Origin: an uncultured virus (IMG/VR IMGVR_UViG_3300027779_000014)
Taxonomy: Duplodnaviria; Heunggongvirae; Uroviricota; Caudoviricetes
Strand: one strand, 5' to 3'
Virus record (IMG/VR): IMGVR_UViG_3300027779_000014
DNA: 56,189 nucleotides
Under the pieces are notes generated by a model. It was not told the DNA's origin. It did no database searches and was given only the letters and a program-made list of their open reading frames with translations. Each line of letters opens with the position of its first letter. The first letter of the stretch is position 1. Shown in pieces: positions 1-9,142 of this stretch. Position numbers and translations under genes: made by a program.

Positions 1-165
1 TATGTGGTCGCATTCAGAGCCGCAAAATTTGGTAGGCGCTATTTTCTTAACCACTCCAACTATGAAGGAATCAAACTTCCCAATCCGTCCGAAATCAAAT
101 GATTTTATTCTATCTCCGACTTTTAACTCGGATCTATTTTTCTCTGCTATCTCTGTTTCAGTCAT
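1..165 (-). CDS. hypothetical protein, runs off window edge
   Basis: ATG at 165 preceded by AAAACC; open to position 1 (MTETEIAEKNRSELKVGDRIK...). Confidence 0.6.
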   Translation of the reverse strand, partial: MTETEIAEKNRSELKVGDRIKSFDFGRIGKFDSFIVGVVKKIAPTKFCGSECDHI

Positions 166-175
166 GGTTTTGTCA

Positions 176-340
176 TTATACAATATAATGTTCACCTTCG
201 ATGTATATGGTCTTAACTCTACCATCTTCGTGCATCTTCAAGTAACATGCCTTACACAAATCACCAAACTCTGGTAGTGCATAGAAGTAAGGTTTTCCAC
301 ATTGATATTGTTCACATATTCTCTCTCTAGTTTCTGTCAT
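176..340 (-). CDS. small Cys-rich protein (54 aa)
   Basis: Motif-defined start; MTETRERICEQYQCGKP...CKAC; below ORF-track cutoff. Confidence 0.7.
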   Translation of the reverse strand: MTETRERICEQYQCGKPYFYALPEFGDLCKACYLKMHEDGRVKTIYIEGEHYIV

Positions 341-349
341 GGTCAGTTT

Positions 350-628
350 TTAGTACAATATCTCTTGTCTAGTTATTCCAACTGAATCACAGTGTTTGTG
401 AAACTCTAACTCAATATTATTCAAATATTTTAATTTAGATTTTATTTGACTGTAAGATAACTCGCCGTCACACGCAAGATTTTCTGGTGAAAGTCTGCTT
501 CCTAAATGATTGGCGATGTCCTTTGCCGTATTTTCATTAAGAGGGATCGTAATGTCGGTCCCTCCTGTTATGTTATTCCATCTGTTTATATCTTGGATGA
601 AATTTCTTAAATTTTCTATTTTTGTCAT
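350..628 (-). CDS. hypothetical phage protein (LSPENLxCDGE family)
   Basis: ORF with motif start; LSPENLACDGE motif recurrent in phage proteins. Confidence 0.8.
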   Translation of the reverse strand: MTKIENLRNFIQDINRWNNITGGTDITIPLNENTAKDIANHLGSRLSPENLACDGELSYSQIKSKLKYLNNIELEFHKHCDSVGITRQEILY

Positions 629-639
629 GGTCAGTCCTC

Positions 640-954
640 CTAATCGGAGAGTTTGCTTTCATAGAAGAGCGAATCCCATAACTCGCGGGGTTCCCCTAGT
701 TCTTCCCTAGCATGGAATGTCATGGTATCGTGATCCAGCATTTCATCAAGAAGGCAAATTAACCCATGCAAAGCCTCTAATTTATCTAAAAACAAAGGTG
801 CGTCTGCCATAAGTTGCCTATCTGTGTCACTAGCAGGTGTATCATCGTCCAGATAGATTGCTTTCAATCCATCGGCCCAAACTATTTCTTGCCATTTGCT
901 AGTAGGTGTGCGTCCGAGGTATCGTGCCTCGTCAATTTTTCTATGTTCTGTCAT
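640..954 (-). CDS. hypothetical protein
   Basis: Start moved to motif ATG at 954; LMADAP motif. Confidence 0.75.
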   Translation of the reverse strand: MTEHRKIDEARYLGRTPTSKWQEIVWADGLKAIYLDDDTPASDTDRQLMADAPLFLDKLEALHGLICLLDEMLDHDTMTFHAREELGEPRELWDSLFYESKLSD

Positions 955-978
955 GGTCAGTGGCAATTCTAGTTGCAT

Positions 979-1176
979 TTAATCTTGTTCTGGGCCTTCT
1001 AATTGGAAGGCTGCGAATGCTTTCTGCATCATTTCTAGCAGTTTTGATGTTCCTGCTTGGACTAGATAAGCGCCGTTTTGATTCCATTGTTCCCACATTT
1101 GTTCATCTATGTAAAATTTTATTTCTTTTCCATTGGACATATGTATTGTCCCTTTGATTTTTTCTATATCTGTCAT
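979..1176 (-). CDS. hypothetical protein
   Basis: Motif-started ORF. Confidence 0.75.
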   Translation of the reverse strand: MTDIEKIKGTIHMSNGKEIKFYIDEQMWEQWNQNGAYLVQAGTSKLLEMMQKAFAAFQLEGPEQD

Positions 1177-1185
1177 GGTCAGTAG

Positions 1186-1599
1186 TTAAGCAGCCCTCTG
1201 TAAGAGCTGCTTAATTTGTTCTGCGGTGAATTTGAATTTCTTCCCGTCATTTCTTGTAACGGAAATTGGATACTTTCTCCTTTTTCCGTTTAATCCTGAG
1301 ATCTTGAAGGTATGGTCGTTCTGCGTGAATTCCTTTCCTAGATCGTCTGGTGACAATCCATAATGGATAGCATTTGTCTTGAAATCTTTAACCTCTTTTG
1401 TCTCAATTGTTCCGTCATCGTTTGTTGCAGATACTTCAATTTTGAAGGTTATAGGAAATATGCTGTCACCTGTGTAACTGGCGTTTCCTAATTTTACCTG
1501 CAGTCCTTCATGGATGTTATCAAGAGAGCCATCATTGATTTTGGCTTCAATGGTTCTTCTTAACCTCATTATAACATCACTGGCTTTTTGCTTTGTCAT
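1186..1599 (-). CDS. hypothetical phage protein
   Basis: Motif-started ORF, 137 aa. Confidence 0.8.
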   Translation of the reverse strand: MTKQKASDVIMRLRRTIEAKINDGSLDNIHEGLQVKLGNASYTGDSIFPITFKIEVSATNDDGTIETKEVKDFKTNAIHYGLSPDDLGKEFTQNDHTFKISGLNGKRRKYPISVTRNDGKKFKFTAEQIKQLLQRAA

Positions 1600-1814
1600 G
1601 GTCAGTTTACCTTGTTAGGGCACCCTTCTTGATAGCATTCATCGGGATAATTTACCGCGAAATTTGCTTCTATAGGTTTGCCACATTTTGGGCAAGTATA
1701 ATATCTGCTTGGACTCAATGTATCACTCCGCAGCATCTATTACATGAGACTGGATGACTTCCTCTGTATCGAGGATGAGGTTCATCGCATTCACATTCTG
1801 AGCTAATTGTCATC

Positions 1815-2108
1815 TTATTCACCTAGTATTGGCTCCATTCGGCCTTCCTTCGGTTTTACTGTGATAGTATAACCCTTTCTAGTAACATCTGCATCCCAGG
1901 CTATTTCGGGGTTGGTTACTTTCCGAATCATAGGATCCAGAAGTTCGTCAGTCACTTCTTGTGCTATCTTTCTCGCAAGATAGTCGAAATCTTCTTTTCC
2001 ATCCAATATTAGGCTGAACCTCTTCCACACCATTCGGTGTAGCTTACGGTAACGCCTGGCTTGTTCCTCTATTTTGAGGGTGTTTGGATTTTGAATTTTT
2101 AGTTTCAT
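1815..2108 (-). CDS. hypothetical protein
   Basis: Motif-started ORF. Confidence 0.75.
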   Translation of the reverse strand: MKLKIQNPNTLKIEEQARRYRKLHRMVWKRFSLILDGKEDFDYLARKIAQEVTDELLDPMIRKVTNPEIAWDADVTRKGYTITVKPKEGRMEPILGE

Positions 2109-2119
2109 GGTCAGTCAGG

Positions 2120-2476
2120 TCAATTGTCCCAATTAATAAGAGTATTAGGCTTGGCCTTTCTTAGAGTTTTTTTAGCATTTTCAATTGCTTCCTTATCCTC
2201 AGAGTGTAGGTAATTTATCTTGTTAAATCTGGAAACCAATTTTATAATTGCTGCATACATCTCTGGTGCTGCTGAGATAAGTTCTGCTATTGCGAAACCC
2301 TCATCCCTTTCATTCAGTTCTCCTGCTTTGGCAAATCCAGTCTTGGACTTGCTTTGCGATTTGACAAGGGCGATGTTGTCGCCTAGTTCCGATTCTATCA
2401 TCCAGGGATAATTTCCTTGGATGATTCTAAGATCTATTTTGCTTGTTTTTGTCGTGGCTACGGTCCATCTATTCAA
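2120..2476 (-). CDS. hypothetical protein
   Basis: TTG start behind GGTGA SD; LISAAP motif. Confidence 0.65.
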   Translation of the reverse strand: MNRWTVATTKTSKIDLRIIQGNYPWMIESELGDNIALVKSQSKSKTGFAKAGELNERDEGFAIAELISAAPEMYAAIIKLVSRFNKINYLHSEDKEAIENAKKTLRKAKPNTLINWDN

Positions 2477-3011
2477 TATTTTCACCACTTAGGTGTTCGT
2501 ATTCTTCGATTTGGGCATCGAGCCATTTTGTTTGATCTTTCGCAGAAAGACTTCTAAAGAACAAATTCAATCTTAAGATTGTAACTATTTCTGTTCTCGA
2601 AAAGACTTTCGTCTTGATTTCGTACTGTGTCTTTTCTTCATCGTTTAATAAACAGTATCTTCTAAATTCTAAGTGTTCTCCATCTTTAGAAAGTGCGTAT
2701 CTTAATTCCTTCTTCATTGAAGGTTTACTGCCGTTGAGTGTAAAATCACTTAACGGATTACTTCCCATAGGGGAAAGAAATTCTTGTTTTCCTTCCCACT
2801 CGTCTATTATCTCTATTCTATGCATGTAACTGGATAGATATTCTTCTGCAAAGGCCTCTTGAGGCCTTATTCCTAGCATCAAGCAGTCTTTGTATAGGAT
2901 TGGTCCCATAACAATTGCTACTTTTTCTGCTAAATTAGCAATTATGTCACTTTCTCGTAGTTCTTTCCAATCCATTCCTTCATAGAATAGTATTTTTTGT
3001 TCTGTTGTCAT
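2469..3011 (-). CDS. hypothetical protein
   Basis: Motif start at 3011. Confidence 0.75.
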   Translation of the reverse strand: MTTEQKILFYEGMDWKELRESDIIANLAEKVAIVMGPILYKDCLMLGIRPQEAFAEEYLSSYMHRIEIIDEWEGKQEFLSPMGSNPLSDFTLNGSKPSMKKELRYALSKDGEHLEFRRYCLLNDEEKTQYEIKTKVFSRTEIVTILRLNLFFRSLSAKDQTKWLDAQIEEYEHLSGENIE

Positions 3012-3019
3012 GGTCAGTT

Positions 3020-3283
3020 TCACTGGAGAGCCGATAAAATTGCTTCGGCGAATGATTCTCTATCAAATGGCACAAGCGGCTTTATTATTGCTTGCTTCAT
3101 TACTTCTAATGGAATTATGCCCTCGTTACCAGGAAATTTTTCTGCTTTGACTAATTCGCATTTCCAAGTTGGCTTCATTACTGCCATCGTTGAAATTATG
3201 TCATTAGCGAATTTATATGATTTTTTTTCCACGATAAGAGCCATTTTTGGCTTTCTTGGTGGTTTTACATATAGTACATGCAT
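3020..3283 (-). CDS. hypothetical protein
   Basis: Motif start at 3283. Confidence 0.7.
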   Translation of the reverse strand: MHVLYVKPPRKPKMALIVEKKSYKFANDIISTMAVMKPTWKCELVKAEKFPGNEGIIPLEVMKQAIIKPLVPFDRESFAEAILSALQ

Positions 3284-3290
3284 GGTCAGT

Positions 3291-4034
3291 TTATTTCGGT
3301 ATCTTAATGAAAAAGATCCAGTATGTGCCATGTTGGGCACTTACGCTTTTCTTTGTTCTTGTACCGTGTAAAGGTGTTTCTGGAAATTGTCTTAACATTT
3401 CTGAAACGGAGATATGTAGATCGCACCACTTGAACACTAATGTTCCGTGTGGTTTCAATACTCTCCAAATTTCTTTGAATCCTCTTTGGACATCGTTTTT
3501 CCAATCGTGCCCTAGTTTCCCGTATTTCTGTAACATTATTCCGGCTCTAGCTTCTAGAATGTGCGGAATGTCCCACATTACATGGTGAAATGTTTCGTCT
3601 TTGAATACCATATCGCGATAATCGCCAATAATGTCCGGTTCAACCGACCATCCTGGTTGTAATGCAATTGTCCCTGGTAATTCTTCTCGAATATCCATGT
3701 AAATTGCATCAGTGTGTTTTTTATCGAACCATATTGATCGGCCTCCACAACATGCGTCTAGCAGCGTTTTGCCGTTTAGGTTTACTTGTATTCTCCAATA
3801 CCCCTTTTCTAATCCTGTTTTATGTACGCGCCCTTTTCCCTTTAGAGTTTGGAGTGCGTTTCTTACTTTATGTTGCCATTCAAGTGATTCTTTCCAACCA
3901 GTAGTGCAAATTACTTCATCGCATATGTTTGGAAATGCTTCTTGAACATAATCATATATCACTTCAATATGATGTAATCCATCAGGGACACATTTCATAT
4001 TGGTTTGTGTTAATTCTTTTTGTAAGCTAGTCAT
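3291..4034 (-). CDS. SAM-dependent (DNA) methyltransferase with N-terminal winged-helix-like domain
   Basis: LLDACCGGRSIWFDK motif I, WDIPH catalytic-like motif, WRVLKPHG; N-terminal WQHKVRNALQTLK. Confidence 0.75.
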   Translation of the reverse strand: MTSLQKELTQTNMKCVPDGLHHIEVIYDYVQEAFPNICDEVICTTGWKESLEWQHKVRNALQTLKGKGRVHKTGLEKGYWRIQVNLNGKTLLDACCGGRSIWFDKKHTDAIYMDIREELPGTIALQPGWSVEPDIIGDYRDMVFKDETFHHVMWDIPHILEARAGIMLQKYGKLGHDWKNDVQRGFKEIWRVLKPHGTLVFKWCDLHISVSEMLRQFPETPLHGTRTKKSVSAQHGTYWIFFIKIPK

Positions 4035-4050
4035 GGTCAGTATTAGATGT

Positions 4051-4248
4051 TCAAGGTTTCCAGTCTCCTGGCTCGTAGTTGTGAGAATTCAAACTATCTA
4101 GTATGATTTTCTCAAACAATGTTTTTTCAGAATGTCTATCGATTAGAAACCAACCAATAATACCTTCTGTTCCATTTTCATATACTTGACGGATTTCACT
4201 GAAACCTTCGGAGTCAGGTTCGTCCATTACAAATTTTCTTTTTGTCAT
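4051..4248 (-). CDS. hypothetical protein
   Basis: Motif start at 4248. Confidence 0.7.
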   Translation of the reverse strand: MTKRKFVMDEPDSEGFSEIRQVYENGTEGIIGWFLIDRHSEKTLFEKIILDSLNSHNYEPGDWKP

Positions 4249-4888
4249 GGTCAGTATCACTCTTTATCTTAATATAGATAATAGTCATGTTGTCATTGGT
4301 GCATGGTTCATTCAAGGTGCCGGTGGCAATCATATCGTCCATCCATTTGTCCAAAGTGGTATCATTCCAATCAAGTTCTGAATCATCAAACAAATTTGTG
4401 CCATTGTATTCTTCATATAGGCTCTCTTTTGTATGTATTTCAACGATTTCTGTTCCGTTCCAGGAGCATAAGAAATAATGTTCGTCTGCTAATTTTATTG
4501 CAACCCTTTTTCTATCTTCAGGAAGGACTTGAATATCCAAACTGTGTGTTTCACAGATTGGTAAACCCTTCAAGTAACTTGAAGAGTAGTCAGGGTGACA
4601 AATGCCTGGAAGAGAGAATGCTAGGCCGCTTAGAAATTCTAATGCGCCCATTTCTCGACCCATTTCGTCTATGAATTCTACATTCAGTTTGTCGAATAAT
4701 GGTTTCATTTCATCTTCCATCCACTTATCAACTATGTCTGCGGGTCCGTCTCCCCAAACCAATTCTGAGTCGGGTAGTGGTGCGTTTGTTGCTACCACAT
4801 TTACTATTCCTGGCATTTTGTTATCGTCATTATTGGATTTACCCCAATTTATTCCACCTGTTCTTATATTTAGAGGCCACCAGCCCAT
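4214..4888 (-). CDS. hypothetical protein
   Basis: 224-aa ORF; reads through the downstream motif. Confidence 0.7.
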   Translation of the reverse strand: MGWWPLNIRTGGINWGKSNNDDNKMPGIVNVVATNAPLPDSELVWGDGPADIVDKWMEDEMKPLFDKLNVEFIDEMGREMGALEFLSGLAFSLPGICHPDYSSSYLKGLPICETHSLDIQVLPEDRKRVAIKLADEHYFLCSWNGTEIVEIHTKESLYEEYNGTNLFDDSELDWNDTTLDKWMDDMIATGTLNEPCTNDNMTIIYIKIKSDTDHDKKKICNGRT

Positions 4889-4939
4889 TTAGGCTTGCCT
4901 CAGTTCATAAAATTTACTTATTGTCATGGTCAGTCAGGT

Positions 4940-5251
4940 TTAGCCCAAGAACCCTTTCGGATATTCTTCTTCATCTACCTGTGTCAATAGTGTTCTTATG
5001 TGACCTTTCCAATAATCTGCTATTTCGTCTATTAGTTGTCTCATTTCTTCTTCACTTTTTGTCACTGGATCTGCCCAAACGCTAGATTCATGCTCTTCTA
5101 TTGGGTATTTCTTCCACATTAGTTTACACATGAGGTCATAGTATTCGTTATGATACCAAGTATCATTTAGTATTATGTCCCAATGTCGATGCGGATCTTC
5201 CTCAAGAAGAGATGGCCCGCCGAGTTTTATTGTTGGTTCTTTATCTGTCAT
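4940..5251 (-). CDS. hypothetical protein
   Basis: Motif start at 5251. Confidence 0.75.
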   Translation of the reverse strand: MTDKEPTIKLGGPSLLEEDPHRHWDIILNDTWYHNEYYDLMCKLMWKKYPIEEHESSVWADPVTKSEEEMRQLIDEIADYWKGHIRTLLTQVDEEEYPKGFLG

Positions 5252-5270
5252 GGTCAGTTTATGTAGAGGA

Positions 5271-5606
5271 TTATTCCTCTTTACACATGATACATTCTGT
5301 GGCACCATCTACGAACTGCCAAGCATATTCGTCTTCTTTCATGAGATTATCTTCAAGACAGGCTTCACAAAAAGCATTGTCCTGAAACTCCCAAGGTCTA
5401 GCCGGCCCACAGGCCATACATTCGAGTATACATTCTGCTGGCTTTTCGCCGCAAAAAGCACACATGATTAGAAGGGGTTTGTGTTTTCCATTTCTCATAA
5501 TCCAAGGCAAATCATAAAATTCGCCTAGTATTATTTTATACACCCCAATTCGTTTCACCGTGTATTCTTCTTCTTTGATTCTATCATAGTTTACTATTTT
5601 AGTCAT
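5271..5606 (-). CDS. Cys-rich zinc-finger-like protein
   Basis: Four CxxC pairs; motif start. Confidence 0.75.
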   Translation of the reverse strand: MTKIVNYDRIKEEEYTVKRIGVYKIILGEFYDLPWIMRNGKHKPLLIMCAFCGEKPAECILECMACGPARPWEFQDNAFCEACLEDNLMKEDEYAWQFVDGATECIMCKEE

Positions 5607-5614
5607 GGTCAGTA

Positions 5615-5854
5615 TTAGTAGGTGGAGAGTGTGTTCTTTGGCCTTTTGAGCCGACTAAACTGTTCTTCGAGGATTTGCTCGTCTGTTTTCTGAGTTCCTT
5701 CTTGCTCCATCCTTTTTAGTGACGCTGGCGAATACATTGCACGCCTGCAACCATCGCAAGTTACGATCACTATGCCTGAACCCTTGTGAATGGGATTGTC
5801 AAACATTTGTTCACATATCTTGCACTTAATTCTTTTTGGTGCTCTACTTAGCAT
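5615..5854 (-). CDS. zinc-ribbon hypothetical protein
   Basis: CKIC...CDGC. Confidence 0.65.
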   Translation of the reverse strand: MLSRAPKRIKCKICEQMFDNPIHKGSGIVIVTCDGCRRAMYSPASLKRMEQEGTQKTDEQILEEQFSRLKRPKNTLSTY

Positions 5855-6086
5855 TGCTACCCTTCCTGGCTTTGTGTTCAGGGGGCAGCGACTTAATTAG
5901 TGATAGTTGCCTTTTTTCGAGTCTATCTTTTATCCTCGATGCTGCTTTAATCCAGCGATCATGGCTGTGTTCATCACTGCCCATTACCTTCTGTAATGGA
6001 TTTAAGTCTTTGAATTCCAAAAGGAATTGTATTATTTCATACTCTGCGTGATCTATATTTCGCGCTCTCGTTGGTTCCATGGTCAT
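5844..6086 (-). CDS. hypothetical protein
   Basis: GGAG SD; overlaps next gene. Confidence 0.65.
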   Translation of the reverse strand: MTMEPTRARNIDHAEYEIIQFLLEFKDLNPLQKVMGSDEHSHDRWIKAASRIKDRLEKRQLSLIKSLPPEHKARKGSNAK

Positions 6087-6184
6087 TTATCTCCATTATT
6101 CTGGTTTTGGTAGCCGTACAATATTTATAGCTATCCATAATAAGGTATTCTCGTAAAATACTCCTAATTTTTCTTTTAACATGA

Positions 6185-6568
6185 TTAGTATTGTGGTACT
6201 GTAGCTGGTGCTTGGGCTTGAGCCCATTTTGCTGTGGGATCATCCCATACCCATAATACACCTTCCCATTGAACATACCACTGCCCATGCATTTGAAATG
6301 GGTCTGAATTTGCCATCATCTGATTAGAAAACGGTGTTGGAGCATTGGGAAGTAAGTTTACTTCTTTTGCCCCTGGAGTTCTGATTAGTTGTGGGATCAT
6401 GCACCATGCTGTTAAAATTCCGTAACCTATCCAAAACACAGGTAATTCAAGTTGTTCAGGAAGATTTAGGCTTCCTAGATTAACTTCTGCTAATCTTGTG
6501 TACCAATAGGCTCCTGCTGCAATCATCAGTAGGACACCAATAAGTCTCCTCATAGTTACGGGCTGCAT
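6185..6568 (-). CDS. membrane protein
   Basis: Motif start at 6568; two hydrophobic segments. Confidence 0.7.
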   Translation of the reverse strand: MQPVTMRRLIGVLLMIAAGAYWYTRLAEVNLGSLNLPEQLELPVFWIGYGILTAWCMIPQLIRTPGAKEVNLLPNAPTPFSNQMMANSDPFQMHGQWYVQWEGVLWVWDDPTAKWAQAQAPATVPQY

Positions 6569-6592
6569 GGTCAGTGGAGAGGTCATAGTCGT

Positions 6593-6778
6593 TTAATTGT
6601 GCTCTAGCACTTGAAAGTGGTCGTCCCAACTGTAAACTGCTTCCATATGTGATGGAGATAGTTTGGAGTTGTCTCCGCCACACGGCATTGGAGGACCCTT
6701 TCTTAATTTTTCTAATTTCTTTCCTGTTTCTGATATTTCAGTGATAATTCCGCAGAATCTACACTTTATTGTTGTCAT
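6593..6778 (-). CDS. small zinc-binding protein
   Basis: CRFC motif. Confidence 0.55.
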   Translation of the reverse strand: MTTIKCRFCGIITEISETGKKLEKLRKGPPMPCGGDNSKLSPSHMEAVYSWDDHFQVLEHN

Positions 6779-7040
6779 TAGAATTTCCTTCTAATTTTTG
6801 TCTTTCTAAATCTGAAAGATTCCAAATGCAAATATCATATCTACCTGTAAAGGACCCAATTCTCTCTGTATTTAGTTTTACGATCTTGGAGTTTTTTGCT
6901 AGGATGTTACCCAATTGTTGCATTGTAGCTCCCCACCGTAGTTCATCATTCACATGTTCGTATATTTGTCTTGAGTTTTGTGGCCCTTTATTTAATAATA
7001 GTTTGACCACCGTTTCTCTTATGCGTTTTGTTCGAGCCAT
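6759..7040 (-). CDS. winged-helix DNA-binding protein (DUF3860-like)
   Basis: GPQNSRQIYEHVN...ATMQQLGNILAK pattern. Confidence 0.65.
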   Translation of the reverse strand: MARTKRIRETVVKLLLNKGPQNSRQIYEHVNDELRWGATMQQLGNILAKNSKIVKLNTERIGSFTGRYDICIWNLSDLERQKLEGNSNDNNKV

Positions 7041-7091
7041 AGGACTACTTCCTATAACCTTCAGTGTATAATACTTGTCTCATGGTCAGTA

Positions 7092-7412
7092 TTACTCATT
7101 ATATCTTTGCATCATTTTCATTTCTAGCCAATCGATTATATCCATTCGCGAGTCTGATGCGAGTATCAGATGTGTGAATCCAGATCTCCAATTGTAGTAT
7201 TGTTTATTCACCCAACTATCTTTGCTCCAGTGTTCATTGTTATCTGATGGAAGAAGTTCGTCTAGAACATCTTCTTCGTTGTCATAGAAAGGACTAGTGA
7301 TCTTTTTGCCGTCGTTGCCTTTCCAGCACAGGAACTCTGCGAAGCCGATGGCTCCGTTATTTTGTTCCCAAGTTTCTGCTATTTTTTTTAGCTGTCGCTT
7401 CATTTCTGTCAT
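7092..7412 (-). CDS. hypothetical protein
   Basis: Motif start at 7412. Confidence 0.75.
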   Translation of the reverse strand: MTEMKRQLKKIAETWEQNNGAIGFAEFLCWKGNDGKKITSPFYDNEEDVLDELLPSDNNEHWSKDSWVNKQYYNWRSGFTHLILASDSRMDIIDWLEMKMMQRYNE

Positions 7413-7419
7413 GGTCAGT

Positions 7420-7692
7420 TCATAGTGTTGGAAATATTTGTTCATTTCCGTCTTTGTGAAGGTGGACAATTACTCCACCGTCGTTTCCTTCGTCATCCAT
7501 TTGTACCAGTAGCGTAGAGCCGTCATCTAACATGATGAGCAGGCTTGCTTTGTACCAGCCGAAGTCCTCGGTCTCTGTGGGCGTAAGGTACCTGCACCCA
7601 GTTATTTTCTTACCTGTTAGGGCTTTATGTGCTTTCTGCGACCATTTTTTCCACAGGTCACTCTGATTGTCTATAGTTATTATAGTTGTCAT
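7420..7692 (-). CDS. hypothetical phage protein
   Basis: Motif start; DDEGNDGG motif. Confidence 0.8.
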   Translation of the reverse strand: MTTIITIDNQSDLWKKWSQKAHKALTGKKITGCRYLTPTETEDFGWYKASLLIMLDDGSTLLVQMDDEGNDGGVIVHLHKDGNEQIFPTL

Positions 7693-7701
7693 GGTCAGTA
7701 G

Positions 7702-8109
7702 TTATCCTATCCACTCTTTTGTGATGTTACCATCTTCGTCTTCTGTAATTAAAGTAGACTGAGGTTCATCAAACATAGATAGTCCTTCGGCGATTATACG
7801 AATGTGTTCTGGCGTATCTGTGTCGCCTCCTTCTCCGTCGCACCCTGCTAATACCATATCACCGTGAAGTGATAGAACATTAGAGATCGGTATTTGCTTC
7901 ATTTCTGCTACAAATTCTCTTGCTACTTGGTTCATTGGTAAGCCCATTAGCCTACCTTCTTCATTAGCCCATAGCGTGTAGTCATCTCCGCCAATACAGG
8001 CTTCGATTAAACCGCCAACTGCTTCTTTAAGTCCTTTATACCCATTTATTTCAATGGGCTCGACTTTTCCGTTTGTCCTGATAATCAGGTTTTTTCTTAT
8101 ATCTGTCAT
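7702..8109 (-). CDS. DUF3846-like protein
   Basis: LKEAVGGLIE...NEEGRLMGLPMN...GDMVLAG signature. Confidence 0.75.
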   Translation of the reverse strand: MTDIRKNLIIRTNGKVEPIEINGYKGLKEAVGGLIEACIGGDDYTLWANEEGRLMGLPMNQVAREFVAEMKQIPISNVLSLHGDMVLAGCDGEGGDTDTPEHIRIIAEGLSMFDEPQSTLITEDEDGNITKEWIG

Positions 8110-8116
8110 GGTCAGT

Positions 8117-8629
8117 TCACCCTTCTAGAGTGATTTGTGCTTTCTCATTCATATATTCCAGGGCATCGTATTGTAGCCCATCTGCTAATTCGTTTGTCCA
8201 AGAAACATATTCTTCTACGAGGTTAGTTAGCTGCTCTTCTTTTCTTAATGAGAGCATTAGCCTAGTAGATTCATTTTTCGCTTTTTTATCTTCCCCTGGA
8301 AGATTTCTTTCCAATTTCTTTAGTTCGTTATTGAGTTCCATGATTTTTACAATTTCTTGTTTAGGGTATTCTCCGATGTCTATATCGACATGAAGCCCGT
8401 TGTTTATTTTTTCAAATGGCCGAGATAGTAGGTATTCTGCTAGTGCAGTCGTCATCCCATAGGCGAATGCTGTACCCGCCATATTTTCTACTCTTCCATA
8501 TCTTTTGTAATCATTTACGGCCATTTCCCACATATTTCCTGAGAAAATTCCTATCTCAATGATAGTTAGCCCTTCTTCTTTTTCTTCATCTTGGCCGCCT
8601 TCGTGGCCTGAGATTCTTAATTTGGTCAT
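8117..8629 (-). CDS. hypothetical protein
   Basis: Motif start at 8629. Confidence 0.75.
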   Translation of the reverse strand: MTKLRISGHEGGQDEEKEEGLTIIEIGIFSGNMWEMAVNDYKRYGRVENMAGTAFAYGMTTALAEYLLSRPFEKINNGLHVDIDIGEYPKQEIVKIMELNNELKKLERNLPGEDKKAKNESTRLMLSLRKEEQLTNLVEEYVSWTNELADGLQYDALEYMNEKAQITLEG

Positions 8630-8641
8630 GGTCAGTGTCAT

Positions 8642-8782
8642 TCATTCTTCTTCAAAGAAGTTTCTGTCGCATATTAGACAAATGTCTAATCGCGGATCTT
8701 CGTTCTTAGGGTGTCCTTCCTTGTACTTCACTCGTCTGAGTGTAGCTCCGCATATACATTTCACAGAATAATTTCCTAACAT
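8642..8782 (-). CDS. small zinc-ribbon protein (46 aa)
   Basis: Variant motif ACTAATC|ATG; CICG...CLIC. Confidence 0.6.
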   Translation of the reverse strand: MLGNYSVKCICGATLRRVKYKEGHPKNEDPRLDICLICDRNFFEEE

Positions 8783-8784
8783 GA

Positions 8785-9132
8785 TTAGTTGGCTGATTCT
8801 TTATATTCAGCCCATAGTTTTGAAATCTCGGCAGTTGCTTTGCCTTTGTGTTTCGTTCTGAATTGAGGCCAGGATAGTCTTACTGGCTCAGGAATTGTTG
8901 AGATTTCTTCCACAGAATCCTCTACAGGTTCTTCTATGGGATTTTCTAATGCATTTGCTTGATTCATCTTGATTTTTTCATAGTTGATCAATCTTTTTCT
9001 TAATGCCTTGATTTCAGTAGTGAGTTTGCTCATCTTGTTTTTGTCTTTTTCTTCATCTGGTCCTCTACGCATTTGTGCTCTTTGCATCTTTAATGCTACC
9101 AATCTTGCATGGTCACTATCTCTCCAAGTCAT
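8785..9132 (-). CDS. hypothetical protein
   Basis: Motif-started ORF. Confidence 0.75.
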   Translation of the reverse strand: MTWRDSDHARLVALKMQRAQMRRGPDEEKDKNKMSKLTTEIKALRKRLINYEKIKMNQANALENPIEEPVEDSVEEISTIPEPVRLSWPQFRTKHKGKATAEISKLWAEYKESAN

Positions 9133-9142
9133 GGTCAGTTCA

